A stretch of DNA of 52,391 nt, taken from Aplysia californica (taxonomy: Eukaryota). The position numbers were made by a program, and so were the translations under genes. The notes below the pieces were generated by a model. The model ran no database searches. It was not told where the DNA came from and saw only the letters and a program-made list of their open reading frames with translations. Below are positions 44,381 to 52,391 of the stretch, in pieces (the first letter of the stretch is position 1; each line of letters opens with the position of its first letter). Location: positions 712,404-764,794 of the forward strand of contig NW_004797540.1 in the NCBI RefSeq assembly GCF_000002075.1, written 5' to 3'.

Positions 44381-45640
44381 TTAGACCAAGTCAACTTTGT
44401 CAAGGTCAACAGTCATGTCATCTTTCTTTTCATCTTTTTCCTTTTCCGAGTCCATCTTTTCCTCAGCTCCTTCATCTCCTCCTCCTTCTCCTGCTTGATC
44501 TTCTCCTTCAGCTCCGTCCTTCTGTCCATTCAGCTCAAACTGACCACTGGCCACTATTGATCCAGCCAGCCCGGAGTCCTGTGTCCAAGCCTCGTTCTCA
44601 GCCAGGTCACGTGTCACCAGGGGACCCAGGTTGTCTTGGCTGAGGTAGAGAAGAAGGTAGGCGTCGGTGGGTAGGGATGGTCTCGCCGCTACCTGACTAC
44701 GGCATGTCCCCATGGTCAGTCTGGACAGCCAAGTGAGAAAACTGACCACTGAGACCACGGTGAGAATCAAGAGATAGACGAGGAGGCCAGTGAACAACGC
44801 GTGATGGCCAAGCTGTGAGCGACGACTGGTGTGTGTTGGGGAGAACAGACATTGCAAGGTGTAGTGATGGACATTTTGCATTTGTCGAATCGGGTAAAAA
44901 CAGGGTAAAATTTCCGACTGTTGCTGTGTTGGTTGTCTTGAGCCAGTCTCAGCGAAGACCTGGGGCAGTATCCTTGTACTCAGAACGATGGACTCCAGAA
45001 CTAGGACAAGGGAGCTGAAGAACTTGTAGAACAGATACGACACAGTGGCTCGATGTGGGCAGTCCTTGAGAGCTTTGTCAACAGACTGGACCAGATCGGT
45101 GGTCACCTGACGTTTTGTGTCTGTCTGAAGGTTCTGGGCGTGGTCAGCTGTGTGCAGAGTTTTCTTTATGTTGACCGGACAGAAAGTAGACATGAGGTAC
45201 CAGACCAAGTGGGGTAACTTGATGAGTAGAGCAAAGACAAACAGAAGAAGTGGGGCGGTGACGGAGGCGAAATGTCGGTGGTTGGTGTTGGGGGCGGGCG
45301 TGGAGGACACATTGGCTACGTCCTCGTCCACTTCAGACATTCTCACCAGCCCACGGCTGTATGGGTTCCAGAGGTTCTCTCCCAACGTCCCTCTTTGGAA
45401 GGCCTCAGTGTACCACTTAGAGCAGACGCTGTTGGCATACTCCACATGGCTGGACTCAAACTGGGCGGGGCACCAGCACTTTGCTTGGAAAGTCGGCGTT
45501 TCTTCTCCAGAGCTTATGACCAATGGGCTGGCAGCTAGTAACCACGTGACAAGAGACAGGAAGAAGAGGAGGCTCACAGTCCATGTGTGGACGTAACGGT
45601 CAGTTGAGTCCTCGCCCAAAGATCGTTGTAGGAAAGGCAT
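44381..45640 (-). CDS. Divergent innexin, copy C (419 aa)
   Basis: Same motifs. The start is placed at the MPFLQ ATG (45640) by homology with the other copies, not at the ORF-track GTG at 45736. Confidence 0.88.
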   Translation of the reverse strand: MPFLQRSLGEDSTDRYVHTWTVSLLFFLSLVTWLLAASPLVISSGEETPTFQAKCWCPAQFESSHVEYANSVCSKWYTEAFQRGTLGENLWNPYSRGLVRMSEVDEDVANVSSTPAPNTNHRHFASVTAPLLLFVFALLIKLPHLVWYLMSTFCPVNIKKTLHTADHAQNLQTDTKRQVTTDLVQSVDKALKDCPHRATVSYLFYKFFSSLVLVLESIVLSTRILPQVFAETGSRQPTQQQSEILPCFYPIRQMQNVHHYTLQCLFSPTHTSRRSQLGHHALFTGLLVYLLILTVVSVVSFLTWLSRLTMGTCRSQVAARPSLPTDAYLLLYLSQDNLGPLVTRDLAENEAWTQDSGLAGSIVASGQFELNGQKDGAEGEDQAGEGGGDEGAEEKMDSEKEKDEKKDDMTVDLDKVDLV

Positions 45641-47483
45641 GTCGGTTCTAGTTTGACCACTTCCGCTGAAGTCAGATGCTGTAGAGGCAGACGTAAAACA
45701 AGGACAGAAATCAATGGAGAGTTGAAAAAAACCCACACAGCTTTATTCTTGTTTAAATCTTCTCAAAGTCAGCGTGTTGGAAACTGAATATGGCGAAATC
45801 ATTATCTTCGGACCTCTGGCTGGGTTCTCCCAGAATTGTTTGCGTTGATTTCATGTCAACACTTCTGTGTGATGTCACAACCATACCCTGGTATGTTGAT
45901 TCAATGTCAAAATTACTGCCATGTTGATTTTGCAACATTGTTTCAGACCAAGTTTTGCTAAGTTCTTACACTTTTAACTCTTTAGAAAATGATGGCAAGA
46001 GCTTGTTATGGAGAAATGTGCAGAATTTACAATAACATGTTCATACAGTCGATTCTCTTTCTCAGGCTTCTTTGTGGAAACCCCCAATATATCTCTCTAT
46101 TTCAAAGGGCGAATGAGAGGAGAGGAAATGAAATGCAGTAAATATTTGGCTCCATTAACTAAGAAGATTGTGAAACAGAAAAAAGTAGCGTACGTGCGAA
46201 GGGTGAAGTGAGAAACGCGCAAACATTTTCCAAAGGTAATAGTTTTAAGAGATGATTTTTGAAGAAGGCAGAAAAAAATCGATAAGTAGATTGGAGAAAG
46301 AGGGAAGAAAATGTCTAAAGAGAAACAGTTTTGTAAGGTGGATATATTACTTAGTACGTGCTATCCCTCCCTCCGCCCCCAACGTTCCAAAATGAAGAAT
46401 TAAGATACGTTTTGTTTACCATCGACAGGGAATAGAGAGCACAACAGGTTACAGAATGTTCAGTACATTGCTTGGGTCAGAAAAAAATGGTCGTTATGTT
46501 TTTTACTTTGTCATGATCCGCCATGATTTCAGAGAAGCCACGTCATCACTTCTCTACTTGACCGCTATAAATAGCGACGCTTGGTGTGGGAAATAATCCA
46601 CCCACGTTTGTGATGTAGTGGTTAGAGACGTCAGTGTGGCATGTAGAAGATATGGGTTCGACTCCTGGTTAGGGAAGTTGTACAATTATTCTAAGGGACA
46701 TCTCTGCATGTTTGTGATCATGATGTAGCCCAGCCTGCCCCGATCTGCTCTGACAGGCAGGTAATACTGGCCAGACTCCTGAATAATCTACCATTAGTTC
46801 GTCCATCAATGTCTGACCACACACGGAAGAATCAGTCTTGGGTCTGACCATGGCTAATGTATCTGCAGGGGTCAATATTACATGAAGGGGGAAAAAGAAG
46901 AAATACGGATACTGAAATATGATATTTAAGCTGTTTATTTTATAGTTGTCAAAACATAAATAAATGTGTTAATAAAGAAGAAATGATAGCAAATGAAATA
47001 TTGTAAACCAAAAGCGAAGGTAACTACAATAACAGTCCAAACAAAACACTGATACTGAGATTAAAGAAATGAACTGTATCAAAGTTATAAGGAAAAATAT
47101 TTTTATATGTTTGGTTAAATATTAATATAATTAAAATACAATGTTATAAAAACAAAACCAAATGGCCATTAATTGTAGTTAGGACTGTGAATGCTGAAAT
47201 TCTCGTGCAGTAGTTAAAAATCGTGAATGGCCAAAAGGAAATACTGTTGAATTTGTTCCCACATGATTTTGCCAGGCATACAACATTACCCACATATTGT
47301 AAAGAAAATTGCCGATTTCGAAGCACTCATCTAGATCCACTAGTTTGATCCTTTGAAAGTGTAATAGGAACGACAGGTTATGACAGTGCTATCCGAGAAA
47401 GTCATTGAGTTCTATTTTGATTTGTCCATGTCGTTCTGGCACATCTTTGTTGATTATTACTTTGGACAAGATTTCTGAACCGA

Positions 47484-47868
47484 TTGTGTGTTGACCTAGG
47501 GTCAGTGTAGTAAATATTGCCAGAACTGTGTGTTGACCTAAGGTCAGTGTAGTAAATATTGCCAGAACTGTGTGTTGACCTAGGGTCAGTGTAGTAAATA
47601 TTGCCAGAACTGTGTGTTGACCTAGGGTCAGTGTAGTAAATATTGCCAGAACTGTGTGTTGACCTAGGGTCAGTGTAGTAAATATTGCCAGAACTGTGTG
47701 TTGACCTAAGGTCAGTGTAATAAATATTGCCAGAACTGTGTGTTGACCTAGGGTCAGTGTAGTAGATATTGCCAGAACTGTGTGTTGACCTAGGGTCAGT
47801 GTAATAAATATTGCCAGAACTGTGTGTTGACCTAGGGTCAGTGTAGTAAATATTGCCAGAACTGTGTG
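47484..47868. repeat. 42-bp minisatellite, 9 copies
   Basis: Same unit as 42982-43236. A third array begins at ~38508 and runs into the assembly gap. Confidence 0.95.
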
Positions 47869-48945
47869 AAAGGCCAGGGGTGAATAGTGGTAGGAAGCTC
47901 CGCGCCATTCCATGTAGCGAGCAAACGACAGAGAGTGAAAGGAAAAGATAGCAGCCTGTTTCCAGATAATGTTATTATTGTTCAACCAGTGTAAATAATG
48001 GGAACACGAGTTTGTTCTATTTGATCAAATGAAAAATATGATATACATTTATAAATATACAAACAAATTTATTGAAAAGGAGATACAGAAAAAAAATGTC
48101 TTAAGAATAGATCTTGAGGCATTAGTCCAAGGGAGCTGTTGGTTAATTAAATAAGTTGTCCTTAGAGTCCAGCTTTTTGTAGAATTAGATATAACGTATT
48201 ATGTCCTCATCTTTTCTATTTCTTGTGTGTCTTTTAAGTGTCTCAATCATCTCACTGGACTCCCTCTCCCTCGCTATAATTCTTTGTCCACGTCGGTGAT
48301 TATTTAACTGTACTTCTATAGGTGTCATTAAGTGACTATCATTCCCAAACTGTCATTTTCCCTCTACCACGTCTATAAGTAATTCTGTGACTGTCATTCT
48401 TCAACCATTGTTCTTTAGCACACAATCTTCGTCTGTCTCCTCGAGATTGATTCACAGAATCGTGTGCACAGAGAGGAAAAGAAAATACTGCTGTAGATGT
48501 CCATGTACTGGTTTAGTATCTCTCCAGAACATACGTGTATTTTAGCGATCTTTGTATTATTAAGGAAATCAATTCATTTGTTCTTGATTTAAATTGATAT
48601 TTCTGTACTATGATGGTGACTAGACTAAGAGCAATGTTGAAAAGGTTATCCCACCCAGCGGTCGTTGTTTTTGGACAGATCAGAACAAGAGATCTTAGAA
48701 TGTCTCAAAGTCCATTTCCTTATAATACAACAGAATGGTTACCTTTGTGTGTCATTGAGGTAAACTGTGCAAATAAAACTTTTTGAGAATCGTGCCCAGA
48801 GCGATCTAAATTGTTACAAATAGATTAAAAAATACAATGAAAATATAAAAATGTTTTCTAATTATTATCTTTTGTTCGTTTGTAGAAATAAAATACACTT
48901 CAAACAGTTGTTTAAAACTTTCTAACTAAAACGAAACGGAATACT

Positions 48946-50217
48946 TTAGGCCAAGTCAACTTTGTCAAGATCTACAGTCATGTCATCTTTCTTTTCATCT
49001 TTTTCCTTTTCCGAGTCCATCTTTTCCTCAGCTCCTTCACCTCCTCCTCCTTCTCCTGCTTGATCGCCTTCTTCAGCTCCGTCCTTCTGTCCATCCAGCT
49101 CAAACTGACCACTGGCCACTATTGGTCCAGCCAGCCCGGAGTCCTGTGTCCAAGCCTCGTTCTCAGCCAGGTCACGTGTCACCATGGGACCCAGGTTGTC
49201 TTGGCTGAGGTAGAGAAGAAGGTAGGCGTCGGTGGGTAGGGATGGTCTCGCCGCTACCTGACTACGGCATGTCCCCATGGTCAGTCTGGACAGCCAAGTG
49301 AGAAAACTGACCACTGAGACCACGGTGAGAATTAAGAAATAGACGAGGAGGCCAGTGAACAACGCGTGATGGCCAAGCTGTGAGCGACGACTGGTGTCTG
49401 TTGGGGAGAACAGACATTGCAGAAAGTAATCGTGATGGTTTGACAATTGTCGAATGGTGAAATAACAGGGTAAAACTTCCGACTGTTGCTGTATGGGTTG
49501 TCTTGAGCCAGTCTCAGCGAAGACCTGGGGCAGTATCCTTGTGCTCAGAACGATGGACTCCAGAACTAGGACAAGGGAGCTGAAGAACTTGTAGAACAGA
49601 TACGACACTGTGGCTCGATGTGGGCAGTCCTTGAGAGCTTTGTCAACAGACTGGACCAGATCGGTGGTCACCTGACGTTTTGTGTCTGTCTGAAGGTTCT
49701 GGGCGTGGTCAGCTGTGTGCAGAGTTTTCTCTATGTTGACCGGACAGAAAGTAGACATGAGGTACCAGACCAAGTGGGGTAACTTGATGAGTAGAGCAAA
49801 GATGAACAAAACTAGTGGGGCGGTGACGGAGGCGAAATATTGGTCGCTGCTGTCCAAATTAAACGTCTCAGACCCATTTGTTGTTACGTAATAGTCCAGA
49901 ATAGAGCTGTCTTCTGGTTTGAAGGAGACCAAGCTAGTAAGAAGATCTCTTAGCCCCCTCAGTGTCCCTCTCTTGAAGGCGTCGCTGTACCACGTAGAAC
50001 AGAAGGCGTTAGAATATTCCACTTGGCTGGACTCAAACTGAGCGGGGCACCAGCACTTTGCTTGGAAAGGCGGCGTTCCTTCTCCAAAACTTATGACCAA
50101 TGGGCTGGCAGCTAGTAACCACGTGACAAGAGACAGGAAGAAGAGGAGGCTCACGGTCCATCTGTGGACGTAACGGTCAGTTGAGTCCTCGCCTAAAGAT
50201 CGTTGTTGGAAAGGCAT
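48946..50217 (-). CDS. Divergent innexin, copy D (423 aa; distinct extracellular loop 1)
   Basis: Same innexin motifs. The loop-1 segment after the second Cys is largely unalignable with copies A-C. Confidence 0.88.
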   Translation of the reverse strand: MPFQQRSLGEDSTDRYVHRWTVSLLFFLSLVTWLLAASPLVISFGEGTPPFQAKCWCPAQFESSQVEYSNAFCSTWYSDAFKRGTLRGLRDLLTSLVSFKPEDSSILDYYVTTNGSETFNLDSSDQYFASVTAPLVLFIFALLIKLPHLVWYLMSTFCPVNIEKTLHTADHAQNLQTDTKRQVTTDLVQSVDKALKDCPHRATVSYLFYKFFSSLVLVLESIVLSTRILPQVFAETGSRQPIQQQSEVLPCYFTIRQLSNHHDYFLQCLFSPTDTSRRSQLGHHALFTGLLVYFLILTVVSVVSFLTWLSRLTMGTCRSQVAARPSLPTDAYLLLYLSQDNLGPMVTRDLAENEAWTQDSGLAGPIVASGQFELDGQKDGAEEGDQAGEGGGGEGAEEKMDSEKEKDEKKDDMTVDLDKVDLA

Positions 50218-50537
50218 GTCGGTTCTAGTTTGACCACTTCCGCTGAAGTCAGATGCTGTAGAGGCAGACGTAAAACAAGGAAAGAAATCAATGGAGAGTC
50301 AAAGACACAACACAACTTTCTTCATGTTTAACTCTACACAAAGTCGCCGTTGGGAAATCAACCGATTAAAAAAATCATTGTGTTGTGAACTCATTTGACC
50401 TGCAATAGAAAAATATTTCGTATAACATAGATCTAGCTTTCTATTTCTGTGAAAACAGATGTCACTTGGTCTAATCAACAAGTTCCTGTTAGCATGTTCA
50501 TGCAATACTGAAATATTTCCACAGGCATGAGGAGATC

Positions 50538-50888
50538 GGACATCGGTGGCCTATAAGTGGTTAGGCTCTCAAACTCGCAACCGTAAGGTCGTGGGTTCAA
50601 ATCCTGTCAGGGGCCCGACGTTATGTGCTTGGGAAAGGCACTTTACACGGATTTTCGTCACTTCAATGGGTACCAGGCCATAGGTAGTGAAATATCTTGT
50701 CAGTCCATTGGGTGTTTGAGAGCTTAAGCTGCTGCTTGCACTGTATGCTTCCTGGGCAGCTGAGAATGTTTCTGAGTGTTCTATGGTCTGCTGGGGTAAT
50801 ACTATCGTCTAAAGACCATAGAGCTAGAGGCGAGCACTTCTAAAGCGCATACAGCTTGAAATACAAACTCTATTTATTATTTATCATT
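50538..50888 (+). mobile_element. tRNA-derived SINE with CORE/V-like central domain
   Basis: GGTGGCC..AGTGG A box, GGTTCAAATCC B box, CTTGGGAAAGGCACTTTAC central motif and an AT-rich tail. Confidence 0.7.
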
Positions 50889-50890
50889 AA

Positions 50891-51115
50891 CTCTATCCGT
50901 ACGTCGTGTTTTCCTATCGTATCCATACGACGTGGGGAACTCTGTGCCACCACTTTCCAAAGAGCCGTACACTTTGCATAGCAGTCTGTCAAAATGATTT
51001 TTTAAAAATACTGGAAGTTTCAAAGAGATTTTCGATCTAGATCTAGAAGTATTCTAATTAATGTGAAGAATACAACCCCGGGGGTACAAAATGACCCCAG
51101 GGCGTACGGATAGGG
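50891..51115. mobile_element. Small TIR element (piggyBac-like ends)
   Basis: TTAA-CTCTATCCGTACG ... CGTACGGATAGGG. Related sequence in reverse orientation at ~2095-2172. Confidence 0.5.
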
Positions 51116-52391
51116 AACATTTCAAAAGGAGTAAAGGTTCGCATGCTGAACACATGCTCCACGTCCGTTTTCACGACAATGAATCTACGCGTTGTTCACA
51201 GAGAGGCTCGGGTCTATAAAGTATAGACAGATCTCTTGTTTGTTTGTTTTAGTAGAGGTCCCGATTTTTCTCCTTATAGATCATTAGTAATTTTGGGTCG
51301 CCTCTCTATAAAGACATTTGTTTTTCTGTGGTCTGCACGATATCGTTATAGAGAGGCTGCACTCTAATTGATATTTATTTACAGGGTTCCGTGTTAACTT
51401 TACGTTTAAAAAAGTATTTTAAAGATGTTTTTAAAAAATGTTTCACAAATCATTTTACCTAATAAAGAAGGTTGCTTGTCAACAGTTTAATTGCTGTCAG
51501 AGCTTTCATCGGCTGAACGTTTCTAGCACTCATTCATTAATAAAAAAAAAAAAAAATCACACTGCATTCCACAATTTTGGCCAGCCTGTTACCAAGCTCG
51601 ATGTGGGAAGTGCGCACGATTGTAACAAAGGAGTAAAGGATAGCAGCAGGCTCTGTGCACTATTCTGTGTCCTCTTCCATCTCTTGAGCGAAGCAAAGCC
51701 ACAAAGCCACTCTTCTTTCTACTCTTCTTAGTCTTAGAACTTTCTAGTATTGTCATTTACGATGAATTTTACTAATCCTTCATCTTAAACACCCACCCTT
51801 TCACATCATTTATCCAAATTTAGACCATCTAGTGTGCGTTCTGGTGCTTTTCAGTGCGCACGAATACGTCATTGACACAGTAAATTAATGAATGGACGCT
51901 CTGCACCTATACGTACCAAAGATCGTTTTATACCATCTTTGCACGTAGGCCTACCCTCCCACACTTTGTGAGAAAAGTGAAGTCATTTTTGCGAATTCCC
52001 TAGCCCCAATTGACCATGGTTTTGCATTAAAACGTTTTAATGCCAGTTTAAAACGTTTTACGTTTTAATGGCAGTTTGAAACGGTTCAGTAGCCTTAAAG
52101 TACTTTTTAAAACGTTGCCCTGTGAGTAGTAACATTGTTGTCAATGGTTTTGGAGATGAACAATGCGGCTGGCCGATTGATCGACAGGCCTATTTATTCG
52201 GAGTTGAACTATATCCTGATTTTTTAAAGGGTAACTTTAATTAAGGCCAGCTGCCTCCAAACGTTTTTTCTGCACCCTGCCTGACATTAACAAGATCTCA
52301 GAAATCACTGAAGCTATCTTAGAAAGGGAAAAACCAAGTTGTTTAGAAATGATTTTTGTATCAGGAAATGTAAAAAAAAAAATGTATATAT

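Larger units (their letters stand above)
35465..50370. repeat. Tandem segmental duplication, ~4.5-kb unit, four gene copies and three spacers
   Basis: ATGs at 36679, 41151, 45640 and 50217 (spacings 4472, 4489, 4577). The spacers are visibly homologous and share the same tRNA-like element, 42-bp repeat and flanks. Homology ends in the last codons of copy A and ~150 bp upstream of copy D. Confidence 0.95.

Noticed and set aside
44384-44401. DKVD as a pannexin-1-like caspase site in innexin tails
   Set aside because: It lies two residues from the C-terminus in an Asp-rich tail and is absent from A, so it is likely chance.
45641-45736. N-terminal extension of innexin C from the ORF track (451 aa)
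   Set aside because: It starts at GTG, runs across a probable splice acceptor, and the ORF track gives no equivalent extension for the other copies.
42982-47868. 42-bp palindrome-containing repeats as a CRISPR array
   Set aside because: Units are contiguous with no unique spacers, there are no cas genes, and the context is eukaryotic. It is a minisatellite.
42857-47985. ORFs of 140-198 aa across the 42-bp arrays (SSGNIYYTDPRSTH / VLAIFTTLTLGQHT repeats)
   Set aside because: Frames stay open only because the unit length is a multiple of 3 and lacks stops in these frames. The flanking frames differ between paralogous spacers.

Overview
Eukaryotic, intron-rich, repeat-rich animal DNA. A mollusc, probably a gastropod, is my inference from innexin and repeat style; it is not proven. 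There are two assembly gaps (33897-34105, 38528-38627). Left half: a complete 9-coding-exon GAPDH (+, 2281-10025), a 5-exon DUF1647-like membrane protein gene (-, 16032-20647), and, head-to-head with it across ~620 bp, a 9-exon PINK1 kinase (+, 21266-29773). Right half: a ~4.5-kb-period tandem array of four divergent innexin (gap-junction/pannexin family) genes on the minus strand. They are almost identical in their transmembrane and cytoplasmic parts, but variation is concentrated in the extracellular loops. The Cys-to-Cys hairpin of loop 2 differs at 4-9 of 16 residues between any pair, and loop 1 is replaced in copy D while keeping an N-glycosylation sequon at the same position. This array is the best candidate for an undescribed recognition or docking-specificity system. 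A second notable signal is a ~175-bp retroposon with target-site duplications (TSDs): all 14 copies lie on the + strand, they cluster just upstream of splice acceptors, and they carry two interchangeable, covarying 3' stem-loop tails. Exon boundaries and alignments were made by eye; no searches were run.
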